Shown here in pieces: positions 18,220 to 28,180 of a stretch of 64,000 nucleotides of DNA. Under the pieces are notes generated by a model. That model did not search any database. It was not told the DNA's origin and was given only the letters and a program-made list of their open reading frames with translations. How positions within the stretch are numbered: the first letter of the stretch is position 1; every line of letters starts with the position of its first letter. The position numbers and the translations under genes were made by a program. The DNA comes from an uncultured bacterium. Its GTDB lineage: Bacteria > Babelota > Babeliae > Babelales > Babelaceae. Location: assembly GCA_963717435.1 (NCBI GenBank), contig OY970332.1, positions 32,001 through 96,000 on the forward strand. The letters run 5' to 3'.

Positions 18220-19948
18220 ATGTCAGAAAAAAATATTATAGAATCGGTCCAGCAAAGCTTATTAGAACATATACAAAACAAGTTTAATCTGGACAAAATT
18301 CACCTGAAAAACATAGAAATTACCCTGTCAACTGATGCGACAAAGCAGCAGTTTGGGGATATTACCACTAATGCAGCCATGGTTCTTGCAAAAGTTATTG
18401 GAAAAAATCCACGTGAAATAGCTGCAAATATAGTAGATTTTAAGCATGAATATATAGAGAAAGCTGAAATAGCAGGTCCTGGGTTTATTAACCTGTTTTT
18501 GACAACTCTGGCTATACAGAAGCTTGCTCAACAGATTTACCTGGAAAAAGACAGTTTTTTTAGCGGCCCGATAATCATCTCGAGAAACCCTATCGGGCAC
18601 TCCCAGGCTTCGCGTAAAGCTTCGCCGGACACGGCGGGACGAGCGGGAGAAAAACACAAAATTCGACTGCGAATTTGTAAGCGCAAATCCAACGGGCCCG
18701 CTGCACCTGGGCCATGGCCGCGGCGCGATTATAGGTGACGTTCTTGGTAATATTTCAAGATTTATAGGTAATAATTTTACCAAAGAATTTTATATTAACG
18801 ACGCGGGGAACCAGATTCAAAAGCTGGGAAATAGTTTTAAAATAAGATGCCAACAAGAATTAGGTGAAACTATAGAAATACCGGAAGACGGGTATCACGG
18901 TTCTTATCTTGTTGATTTGGCAAAAAAAGCGATACTCGAGTTTGGCAAAGATATTTTAAAAAAACCAGATAGCTGGTTCTCTAGTTATGCCAAAGAACTG
19001 ATGCTAGATAACATTAAGGGTACGCTAGAAGATTATGGCGTCTTTTTTGATGTCTGGTTCTCGGAGAAAACTCTACATGATAGCGGAGCAATAGAAAAAG
19101 CTTTAAACAAGCTTAAAGAAAACGGACATACTTACGAGTCTGAAGGTGCGGTCTGGTTCAGATCAACAACATTTGGTGATGATAAAGACAGGGTTCTTAA
19201 AAAAAATACTGGCGAATATACTTACGCTGCAGCCGATGTCGCATACACAGAAAATAAATTTTCTCGCGGCTTTGATAAGCTAATTATAATTTTGGGTCAA
19301 GATCATCACAGTTATTTGCAAAGACTTAAGGGAATAACTCAGGCTCTTGGACATAACCCTGATAATTATGACGTAATTTTGTATCAGCTTGTTACGCTGA
19401 AAGAGTCTGGCGCCGTGCTTAGAATGTCAAAACGTGCAGGACGCGGGATCACACTTCAGGATGTTATAGATGAAGTTGGCAAAGACGTAGCAAGATTCTT
19501 CTATCTAAACAGAAAAGCTGATGCACATTTAGAATTTGATATAGACCTGGCTCTAAAACATACTGACGAAAATCCGGTTTATTATATTCAATATGCGTAT
19601 GTTAGAACAAAAAGTATCTTAGAAAAATCTCTTGATATTAAAGATCTTAATAATATCACAGAACAAGATATAGAGCTTATCGGTGCTCAAGATGCAATTT
19701 TGATAAAAAAAATAACGCATCTAAAAACACTTTTAAATTCTATAGCGACAAATTATCAAACACATTTATTGACATATTATTGTCTGGATCTTGCCCAAGC
19801 TTTTCATGCGTATTATAGCGCAAACCGGGTTATTGACGAGAATAATATTAAATCTAGCAGATCAAGATTATTAATTATAAAAATAGTTAATGAAAATCTA
19901 AAGCGTTGCTTTAAATTATTGGGCATCGAAGCTCCCGAAAAAATGTAA
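18220..19948 (+). CDS. argS: Arginine--tRNA ligase, frameshifted within an inserted palindromic element
   Basis: N-domain FGDITTNAAM..AK and IAGPGFIN in frame 1; EFVSANPTGPLHLGHGRGA from 18671, RMSKR, NPVYYIQYAYVR and APEKM in frame 2. Confidence 0.93.
18566..18648 (-). repeat. Truncated composite palindromic element inside argS
   Basis: Plus strand GCCCGATA...TATCGGG-CACTC-[33 bp insert]-GGGACGAGCGGGA; CACTCGGGACGAGCGG is the family end. Confidence 0.8.
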
Positions 19949-20041
19949 AATTGTATTAATCTATTGCAATTACTAGCCAGAATGTGACACCATTAAATAG
20001 GTAGGTAAAATTTAACTTATTATTTAATCTTGAGGTGGTCC

Positions 20042-20464
20042 ATGGGCAAATTTAATAGAGTGCTTATTTTTGCTGTTTTATGCTGTCAATTACCAATGAT
20101 ATTTTCTGCAACCATAACGGTCATGACCCCTTCCTTTGGGGGACCAAAGTGGGTGTCTGCAAAAATTGAATATGATGGGAAAACAAAAACCGTATTACAG
20201 CTGAAGAGTCTCATTCAAGATAAAATGGTGCCAAGTAACGATACAAGAACAATAGTGTTTACAAACGTAAGTATTAAAGACAATGCCCCAATTAAAGAAC
20301 TTGAAAAACAACTGACCCCTTACAATCCAGGAAACCCTTTAAGTCGCAGTCTATCTCCTCTAGAATTTAAACTTGTAGATACGGGAAAACCTGCCGATTA
20401 CACTGATACGACTCCTGCCGGACTTACAGAAACTCTAGAAGACTGGTATAGCGGTGGAAAATAA
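20042..20464 (+). CDS. Small secreted protein with a ubiquitin-like N-terminal segment
   Basis: GAGGTGG RBS before ATG 20042; signal peptide; TITVMT...TVLQLKSLIQDK. Confidence 0.55.
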   Translation: MGKFNRVLIFAVLCCQLPMIFSATITVMTPSFGGPKWVSAKIEYDGKTKTVLQLKSLIQDKMVPSNDTRTIVFTNVSIKDNAPIKELEKQLTPYNPGNPLSRSLSPLEFKLVDTGKPADYTDTTPAGLTETLEDWYSGGK

Positions 20465-20515
20465 TTTTAGAATTAGTTTGTATTAATTATATTATTTTTA
20501 TTTTAGGGAGATAGG

Positions 20516-21271
20516 ATGAAAAAAAGTCTAAAAACAAACTCATATTTATTAATTTCACTGATATTTTCTACGGTTATATTATTACAGTCAGAATTGCATG
20601 CTTTCACAAATTATATTATAAATTCGTCTAACTCGCCTGTAAAATTGAGAATAAGATATGGGGGAGGAAGTGGAGAAGGTGTTTATCTACCCGTAAATTC
20701 TACAGATAACTCAGAATTTTTTCTTCTTAATCCAAATGAAATTTTAGAGATAGAAGCGAAAACAGATCCTAAATGGCTCGCTATACATAGCCCACTGAAA
20801 ATTAGAATTACTCAGCAAGCTAGTGATTTGAAAATGGATATAGATTTTGCCAAAAATATAGCTCTGGCAACGAGCGTAGAAAATCAACCTTTTTTTGCCC
20901 CAAAAGATATAGATTTTACTGAGTACAACGAAAACTATGTTTTTGTTTTCAATATCTCACGGGTATACACAGAAAATTTTAAGAATGAAAAGAATGAAAT
21001 TAAGACTAGAACAGTATGCGAAAGCAAGTTTAATATTGCATCAACTAAAAAGTCCACTAAAACCCCGGGCAGACGGTCAAATAATACTTATGTTGACTTA
21101 AGCTCATTTCATGAGCAAAATTCTGTAGCTTTAGAAGGAATATTAGAGTCCGAGGAGAACAGAGACAAGACCAGAGTTAAAACAAAAACGATTAGTTATA
21201 AAGATTTAATTGAAAATATAAAAAGGGATCGTAACAAATCTTGGAGAACTTCAAAAAGTTTTAACTCTTAG
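20516..21271 (+). CDS. Secreted hypothetical protein
   Basis: GGGAG RBS; signal peptide ending LHA; 251 aa. Confidence 0.7.
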   Translation: MKKSLKTNSYLLISLIFSTVILLQSELHAFTNYIINSSNSPVKLRIRYGGGSGEGVYLPVNSTDNSEFFLLNPNEILEIEAKTDPKWLAIHSPLKIRITQQASDLKMDIDFAKNIALATSVENQPFFAPKDIDFTEYNENYVFVFNISRVYTENFKNEKNEIKTRTVCESKFNIASTKKSTKTPGRRSNNTYVDLSSFHEQNSVALEGILESEENRDKTRVKTKTISYKDLIENIKRDRNKSWRTSKSFNS

Positions 21272-21286
21272 ATTTTCGGTCAATAA

Positions 21287-23731
21287 TTATTTTTCTAGAC
21301 TCGTGAGTATTTCTTTGGCTCGGGCAATTAAAGATTCGGGCAGCTTTGCAAGTTTTGCAACTTCAAGACCGAAGCTGCCCTGCGCAACTCCAGGCTCGAT
21401 CTTGTGAAGCAATATTATTCCCGAGTCTGTTTTTTTGACAACTGCGTGATAGGCAACTATGCCTGAGTAATTTTTAGTTAACTCTGTAAGCTCATGATAA
21501 TGTGTAGCGAATAAGCAGCGGGCGCCTAAATTAGTGTAAATATACTCTATTACCGATTGAGCTATTGCAAGACCGTCATATGTACTTGTTCCACGGCCGA
21601 CTTCGTCTAAAATTACAAGACTGTTTTTCGTTGCCTGATTACAAATTAAAGCAGTTTCTTCCATCTCAACCAAAAAAGTACTTTTGCCTTCAGCAAGATT
21701 ATCACCGGCGCCGATACGCGTAAAAATTCTATCAAGAATAGATAAATTTGCGGATTTTGCAGGAACAAAGCTGCCAATTTGTCCCATTATTGATATTAGA
21801 GCAACCTGGCGCAGATAAGTTGATTTACCCCCCATATTAGGGCCAGTAATTATCCACAGAGATTCTTGATCAGTTAAGTTTACAGAATTTGGAATAAAAT
21901 CATGTTCAAGTCTTGCGGCAACTATTGGGTGTCTGCCCTCATGAATTAAAATCTCTCTGTTATTATTAAATTTGGGGCGCGTATATCCAAAAGTATAAGC
22001 GGTTTTACTTAGCCCCAGAATACCATCCAAGTTTGCAAGAACTTGTGAATATTTTTTTATTTCAGAAAGTTGTGACTCTACTTCAGATTTTATAGTCTCA
22101 AAAATCTGCTTTTCAAGAGCAGTTATTTCGTTGCGGGATCTTGAAATTTCATATTCTAACTCTTTAAGCTCTGTTGTTGTATACCGTTCTTTTGCAACAA
22201 GTGTTTGAAGTCTTATATAATGCGCCGGCACAGAAGACAAATTTGTTTTTGTTATCTCTATTGTGTACCCGTGAATTAAATTAAATCTTACTTTTAAGCT
22301 TGAAATTCCGGTGCGCTCCTGCTCTTTTCTTTCAAACTCTAAAATCGCTTGAGAGCCGTTTTGGACAAGCACTCTTAATTTATCAAGTTCTTGATTATAA
22401 CCAGATTTTATTAGCCAATCTTGTTCCGAATCAGTATTTAAAGAAATTGTAAGTAAATTATATAAAAAACTAAAATCTGAGATTTTGCTTGTATAAAATT
22501 TAATCAGCCCAGAGCTTATCCCCGAGAGTAAATTTGTTATGTCACCTGAGTAATTTAAAGAATTGGCAAGCGATAAATAATCTTGAAGTTGTGCACGCTT
22601 TAATGCAATTCTGCCAACAACACGCTCAATATCACCTATATTTTTTAAAATTTCTTCAAGCTTTTCGCGCAAAATTAAATTATTTAACAAAACTTCTACG
22701 GCATCGAGTCTTTGTTCGATAAGTTCTTGTTTTATTAGGGGCCTCAGGATCCATTTTTTTATTATACGTGACCCCATAGAAGTAGCAGAAAAATCGAGCA
22801 TTCCAAACAAAGTATTTGCACGTCCCCCGTCATAATTATTTTTAACAAGTTCAAGATTTTTTTGGGTAGAAGCATCTAAGATTAAAAAATCTTCTGGCTT
22901 AAATATCTGTAAAGTTTTAATTTGATTAACTGCTTGTGGCTGGTTAATTTTTAGATAATTATAAATTAACCCAATAGCACAAAGCAGCGCAAAGTTTTTT
23001 TCAATATTTAAATATATATTTTGGCCAAACTGCTCTATTAGCCAATTTTTGAGTAAATTAAGATCTTGAAAATCTGAATCTCGCAAAACTGTAACTTGAT
23101 AACCAGAAAGTTTTAATTTTAAGTCAAGACCATGAATATTACCCTCGATTAGTAATATTTCGTCGGGCAAGAATCTTGCAAGTTCTGACTCTAAGCTTTT
23201 TGAATCTTCTTGGTTTATTACTGTTGCAAATATATTTCCCGTTAAAATCTCAGTAAATACTATAGCTTGATCCTGAGAACCAGAAATTGTGTATATCGAA
23301 CACAAATAAGATGGGGATTTTGAATCTAATAACTTACTATCTGTTAGTGTCCCGGGAGTTAGAACTTGTGTAACTTTACGTTCAACAATTTTACCCTGCT
23401 GTGGCAGTTCTATTTGATCGCATATTGCAACATGAAAACCACCGCGCACAAGTTTTGCAAGATAATGATCAAGTGAAGAAATGGGAACACCGCAAAGTGG
23501 TATAGACTCACCATTCATGAGGGTCCCACGTTTTGTTAACGTGATCCCCAAATAGCTCGAAGCGCTTAGCGCATCTTCGCAAAACATTTCGTAAAAATCG
23601 CCTACCTGAAAAAATAATATAGTATCCGGGTACTGCTTTTTAATTTCAAAATATTGGCGCATTAACGGCGATATGCCACCTGAACTGTTTTTTGTATTAT
23701 CTTGCGCATTTTGTTGATTTTCTAAGCTCAT
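21287..23731 (-). CDS. mutS: DNA mismatch repair protein MutS
   Basis: SPLMRQY, GDFYEMF, TPGT, ITGPNMGGKSTYLRQ, DEVGRGTSTYDG, FATHYHEL. Confidence 0.98.
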   Translation of the reverse strand: MSLENQQNAQDNTKNSSGGISPLMRQYFEIKKQYPDTILFFQVGDFYEMFCEDALSASSYLGITLTKRGTLMNGESIPLCGVPISSLDHYLAKLVRGGFHVAICDQIELPQQGKIVERKVTQVLTPGTLTDSKLLDSKSPSYLCSIYTISGSQDQAIVFTEILTGNIFATVINQEDSKSLESELARFLPDEILLIEGNIHGLDLKLKLSGYQVTVLRDSDFQDLNLLKNWLIEQFGQNIYLNIEKNFALLCAIGLIYNYLKINQPQAVNQIKTLQIFKPEDFLILDASTQKNLELVKNNYDGGRANTLFGMLDFSATSMGSRIIKKWILRPLIKQELIEQRLDAVEVLLNNLILREKLEEILKNIGDIERVVGRIALKRAQLQDYLSLANSLNYSGDITNLLSGISSGLIKFYTSKISDFSFLYNLLTISLNTDSEQDWLIKSGYNQELDKLRVLVQNGSQAILEFERKEQERTGISSLKVRFNLIHGYTIEITKTNLSSVPAHYIRLQTLVAKERYTTTELKELEYEISRSRNEITALEKQIFETIKSEVESQLSEIKKYSQVLANLDGILGLSKTAYTFGYTRPKFNNNREILIHEGRHPIVAARLEHDFIPNSVNLTDQESLWIITGPNMGGKSTYLRQVALISIMGQIGSFVPAKSANLSILDRIFTRIGAGDNLAEGKSTFLVEMEETALICNQATKNSLVILDEVGRGTSTYDGLAIAQSVIEYIYTNLGARCLFATHYHELTELTKNYSGIVAYHAVVKKTDSGIILLHKIEPGVAQGSFGLEVAKLAKLPESLIARAKEILTSLEK

Positions 23732-23828
23732 TATTATCGCCCGTTTTATTTACTAGTTTAAGCTCTAAGTTATATAATATATATAAGTAATTTTTTACAA
23801 TTTAATTATAAATTAATTATAAGCCCTT

Positions 23829-24602
23829 ATGCGAAAATTCACAAACTTTGCAGTATTATTTTTGAGCCTATTTTTTATGCCAAATTACTGCATGGAATCC
23901 AGCAATCAGCAAGTTAGCATAAATATCCCAGCTGATATCTTAAAGTATATTATCGAACAGTACTTAATTAATCTTGAAAATCATCCCGAAGATATCTTTA
24001 AAAATGCGATTGCTCTTTCCAGAACAAACAAACAATTTAATACACTAGTTAAAGAAGTTATTAGCAAGATTATTAAAAAAGCAAAATATGTAAATATACA
24101 AGATTTTATAAAAGCAGCACAAATTCAAGAAGAAGCAGCTTATGAGAATCTAAAAGCTTCTGCTATTAGCTCAAATAACAATAACCCAGACGCTTTATTT
24201 GCTCTGAAATTTTGGAAAAAAATCGAGCTTGAAGATAAATACAAGAACAAAAATATAATTTCTAATGCCAGATTGCTTTTAAATCTAAGGAGCAATTTCT
24301 GGGCGACTGACTACTACGGCAAAGACGCAGAACTTAAAAGCATAATCTTGGAAATACTCAAAGAAGAAAGCTTAGACGAACGCACCGTTAAATGGCTCAG
24401 TGAAATCAATCACACTCTGAGAGACGCGATATTCAAAATTTTAGAATCACAAAATAACGAAAAATTTCAAAATTTTGTGGCAGCATACGTTTTCCAAAGA
24501 CGCTGTGGTCTAACCCTCCTGGGTTTCATAGCACTTATTTATGTGGGCGTGGCCGCTGTAGGTGTAATAAATGAAATAATTAAACAAAATCATCTGTACT
24601 AA
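23829..24602 (+). CDS. Secreted F-box-like protein with C-terminal TM (paralog of 26448..27236)
   Basis: Signal peptide YC-MES; NIPADILKYIIEQYL...LSRTNKQFNTLV; C-terminal hydrophobic anchor. Confidence 0.7.
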   Translation: MRKFTNFAVLFLSLFFMPNYCMESSNQQVSINIPADILKYIIEQYLINLENHPEDIFKNAIALSRTNKQFNTLVKEVISKIIKKAKYVNIQDFIKAAQIQEEAAYENLKASAISSNNNNPDALFALKFWKKIELEDKYKNKNIISNARLLLNLRSNFWATDYYGKDAELKSIILEILKEESLDERTVKWLSEINHTLRDAIFKILESQNNEKFQNFVAAYVFQRRCGLTLLGFIALIYVGVAAVGVINEIIKQNHLY

Positions 24603-24616
24603 ACTTTTTTTAAAAT

Positions 24617-26296
24617 CTAAACTTTTGTCCTGCTAGCGGGCTTTCTCAAACTCAACTTTGATATTTGTTTGTTACCGGTACCAGTTAAAATATTTTCAAT
24701 ATTAACAAATTTTTTATCGCGTGCTAAATCTAAAGCAGTTTCGCCACCTTCATCCTTTAAGCTCAAATCGGCACCTTTATCTTTTAAAAGCTGAACAATA
24801 TCTTTTGAACCTGTAAGAACTGCCAAATGCAAAGGTGTTCGTTTATATGGCCCAACCAAATTCACATCGGCGCCAGATTTGAGTAATATATCAATTATTT
24901 CTTTATTTTTTGAAACTACGGCCAACGGCAATGGCGCACTCAACTTTATTTTATCGGTAATTTTATTATTAAGATTGGCACCGTTTTGTATGAGAAGCCC
25001 TAGCATTTCTGTATTCGGGCTTAAAACGACTATACAAACGGGCGCTAGCCCAGATTTATCTATGGTATTAACGTTAGCTTTGTATTTGGATATAATATCT
25101 TTTGCCAATGGATAATTCTTTGCGGCAAGGGCAACTGCCAATGGAGTTCTTCCTTCTTTATCGGCAAAGTTTACATCCGCGCCCAACTTCACAAGCTTAT
25201 CAAATAAATCTTGGCTCCCAGCTTCTGCCACATATATCAAATGGGTTTTTCCATTTTTGTCATCGTATATATTTGGATAATTTAAAGTTGCATCACGATC
25301 CATAACTAATGACTTATTAAGAAAAAATTTGATTGCCTCAAAACTATTTACAAAATCAAAAGGCGTCTGGCCGCCATTACTTTTTGCATTTAAATCAGCG
25401 CCGGCGAACAATAACAGTCTTATAATATACGGGTCAAAATTTTCAGCGGCCTCGTGCAATGGCGTATATCCATACTTATCAACGGCCTTAACATTTGCAT
25501 GGTGCCTAACAAAAAAAAGTGCCCAATCCCTACTTTTTAGTTTAGCTGCGATATGTAATGGGGTCTCCCCTTGTGTGTTTTTTGCCTCTAGGCGACCGGC
25601 TGAAACCATGTCTTCTGCTGATTCTAAAGTTTGATGCAATTGATCTATTTTTGAAAAATCTGGATTTTTTATCACTAAATTATGTAAAAATGAGTTCCCG
25701 GCTTTATCTTTAAGTGAAGCAGCTTCATCCTGTTTTTTAAGAGTATCTGCAAGTGACTTGTCTATGGGCTTATTAGCTATATATTTTATGTCTATCTGCC
25801 CACCCTTTGCCTGCTCCTCCATAAGTTTACTTTCATCTGATGCCTTCTTTAAAATTGGCTGATTTCTTTCGTAATCTGTCCTTTCGGGATTTTCATCAAC
25901 CCTATATCCGGCACTTGTGCTATGAATATAAAAACTTTTGTTTCCTAATTCAGGATCATTTGTATATCTATTGTTATAATCACCTATATCAATTTTTCCT
26001 ATACCGCAATATCCAGTTTCCACAGAAAATGATTGATGGGCAGCTAAATGTTTAGGATTGCCATACAAATAACTACAAGCCTCAAAAGCGCCTATTGGCG
26101 AAAGGTACGTGAACCAGTCACTCTGATCAGTCTGATCAAGCGTCTCTTGCGTAGCATTTGAGGCTATAAATGTGACATCAAATTCATGATCAGTTAAATT
26201 AGTAATATCGTATTGATAAGAAAACAAGTTTGTCGAAAAAAATAAAAGACAGCTATACGCATATATATTTAAATTTTTTTTCATAAAAAACCCCAA
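24617..26296 (-). CDS. Secreted multi-ankyrin-repeat protein
   Basis: Signal peptide; many ankyrin repeats (GETPLHIAA, GYTPLHEAA, GRTPLAVA, KRTPLHLAV, GETALDLA). Confidence 0.93.
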   Translation of the reverse strand: MGFFMKKNLNIYAYSCLLFFSTNLFSYQYDITNLTDHEFDVTFIASNATQETLDQTDQSDWFTYLSPIGAFEACSYLYGNPKHLAAHQSFSVETGYCGIGKIDIGDYNNRYTNDPELGNKSFYIHSTSAGYRVDENPERTDYERNQPILKKASDESKLMEEQAKGGQIDIKYIANKPIDKSLADTLKKQDEAASLKDKAGNSFLHNLVIKNPDFSKIDQLHQTLESAEDMVSAGRLEAKNTQGETPLHIAAKLKSRDWALFFVRHHANVKAVDKYGYTPLHEAAENFDPYIIRLLLFAGADLNAKSNGGQTPFDFVNSFEAIKFFLNKSLVMDRDATLNYPNIYDDKNGKTHLIYVAEAGSQDLFDKLVKLGADVNFADKEGRTPLAVALAAKNYPLAKDIISKYKANVNTIDKSGLAPVCIVVLSPNTEMLGLLIQNGANLNNKITDKIKLSAPLPLAVVSKNKEIIDILLKSGADVNLVGPYKRTPLHLAVLTGSKDIVQLLKDKGADLSLKDEGGETALDLARDKKFVNIENILTGTGNKQISKLSLRKPASRTKV

Positions 26297-26447
26297 TAAA
26301 AAAAATAATTTAGGATAACAAAACTATTTTAAAAAATTGGGACACGAATTATCAAGAATATTATTTACTAGTTTAAGCCCTAAGTTTATAATATATAAGT
26401 TTTTATTAGTATTTTTTTTATAACTTAATTACAATTAATAAGCACTT

Positions 26448-27236
26448 ATGCGAAAATTCACAAAGTTTGTAATATTAGTTTCGAGCCTCTTTTTTATGCC
26501 AAATTACTGCATGAAATATGTCCCCTTTGGGAAAAGAGCAAGCGCGCAGCAAAATACCTCTAATATCTTAAATATCCCAGCTGATATCTTAAAGTATATT
26601 ATCGAACAGTACTTAATTAATCTTGAAAAGCATCCCGAAGATTTTTTTAGAGATGCTATTGTGCTTTCCAGAACAAACAAACAATTTAATACACTAGTTA
26701 AAGAAATTATTAGCAAGATTATTAAAAAAGCAAAATATGTAAATATACAAGATTTTGTGAGAGCAGCACAAATTCAAGAAGAAGAAGCTTATGAGAAGAT
26801 AAAAGATTCTGCTATTAGCTCAAATAGCAACAACATTGATCCTTTATTTAATCTGAAATTTTGGAAAAAAATCGAGCTTGAACATAAATACAAGAACAAA
26901 AAGATAATTTCCGATGCCAGGTTATTTGTAAAAAAAACCGATTTGCAGCTGATCCTCTACGATGGGAAATCTGTAGAATTCGAAATTATACTTTCGAAAC
27001 TACTCAAAGAAGAAAATTTAGATGAGAGTACAGTTAAATGGCTCAGCAAAATTAATCAAATTTTTGAAGTTACTATATTCGAAATTTTAGAGTCCAAGGG
27101 TAATGTAAAATTTCAAAATTTAGTAAAAGAACGAAATTTCCGCAACAACTGTGATCCGATCATACTGTGTCGCATCGGAATTTTTTATATGTGCATTATG
27201 GGTGTAGCAATTATTATTGTACGTGGTATAGCTTAA
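26448..27236 (+). CDS. Secreted F-box-like protein with C-terminal TM (paralog of 23829..24602)
   Basis: Near-identical DNA to 23829 gene over the central-5' part. Confidence 0.7.
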   Translation: MRKFTKFVILVSSLFFMPNYCMKYVPFGKRASAQQNTSNILNIPADILKYIIEQYLINLEKHPEDFFRDAIVLSRTNKQFNTLVKEIISKIIKKAKYVNIQDFVRAAQIQEEEAYEKIKDSAISSNSNNIDPLFNLKFWKKIELEHKYKNKKIISDARLFVKKTDLQLILYDGKSVEFEIILSKLLKEENLDESTVKWLSKINQIFEVTIFEILESKGNVKFQNLVKERNFRNNCDPIILCRIGIFYMCIMGVAIIIVRGIA

Positions 27237-27245
27237 CAAAATAAT

Positions 27246-28142
27246 CTATACCAAAATTTTTTTTAAAACCTGAGCAGAATTAGCTAAAAGTTTTTGTTCA
27301 GATTCAGACAAATTTAAATCGATATATTTTTCTATCCCGGAAGAACCCAAAACTACCGGCAGACCCATGCAGATATTATATTCTTTTGAGTAACAAGATA
27401 TCGGAAATATATTTTTCTGATTTAAAATTATAGACTCGCATAAAGCTTCAACGCAAGAGGCTACACCATAGCAAGTATAGCCCTTAGAATTTATTATCTC
27501 GTAGGCTTTATTTTTCGCTTGTTGGGCCAAGCTATTGAATTCTTCTTGGGTAATAAAATTAGAAACCGGCTTGCCCGAAACTGTGCTTGAAGAATAAAGT
27601 GCAACTTGAGAGTCGCCATGTTCTCCAATAACCCAAGATTTAATATTTTTTTGTTCCGTATTTAATTTTTTTGAAATTAAACTTGAAAGTCTCAAAGAGT
27701 CTAATAGCGTACTTGAACCAATTATTTGACTTTGTGGTAGATTGACCAGATTCTGAACAAAACAAGTTAAAATATCTACAGGATTTGTAACCATAATAAT
27801 TATGCAAGTTGGCTTAAGATTTTTAAGTTGATCAAAAATAGATTTAATTACTGTTTTGTTTACATCTATTAATGCCGCCCTGGTTTGACCAGGCTTTTGA
27901 CGAGCACCTGCCGCGATAATTATTATATCTGAAAATTCAAGATCTAAAATTTTACCCAGTTTTATGGATTTTATTTCGGAAAAACTTTGTGCATCCTGAA
28001 GATCCGCAACCTCGCCCCCACACTTTTTTTCGTCGATATCTATTAGACAAATCTCCGAAACCAAATTTTTCAAAACTAAACTATACGCAATTGTAGAACC
28101 GACCGAACCCGAACCAACTATCGAAATTTTTGCTTGCCTCAT
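27246..28142 (-). CDS. ldh: L-lactate dehydrogenase
   Basis: GSGSVG, AGARQKPGQTR (Gln at the specificity site), TNPVD, LDSLR, GEHGDS. Confidence 0.88.
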   Translation of the reverse strand: MRQAKISIVGSGSVGSTIAYSLVLKNLVSEICLIDIDEKKCGGEVADLQDAQSFSEIKSIKLGKILDLEFSDIIIIAAGARQKPGQTRAALIDVNKTVIKSIFDQLKNLKPTCIIIMVTNPVDILTCFVQNLVNLPQSQIIGSSTLLDSLRLSSLISKKLNTEQKNIKSWVIGEHGDSQVALYSSSTVSGKPVSNFITQEEFNSLAQQAKNKAYEIINSKGYTCYGVASCVEALCESIILNQKNIFPISCYSKEYNICMGLPVVLGSSGIEKYIDLNLSESEQKLLANSAQVLKKILV

Positions 28143-28180
28143 AACTTCTTCTTAATATTTTTATTATTAAAAAATAGAAT

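Noticed and set aside
18328-18783. 151 aa minus-strand ORF over argS
   Set aside because: Antisense to argS; openness is aided by the GC-rich insert
24617-24680. C-terminal TKV as a PDZ-binding motif on the ankyrin protein
   Set aside because: A three-residue motif is too likely by chance
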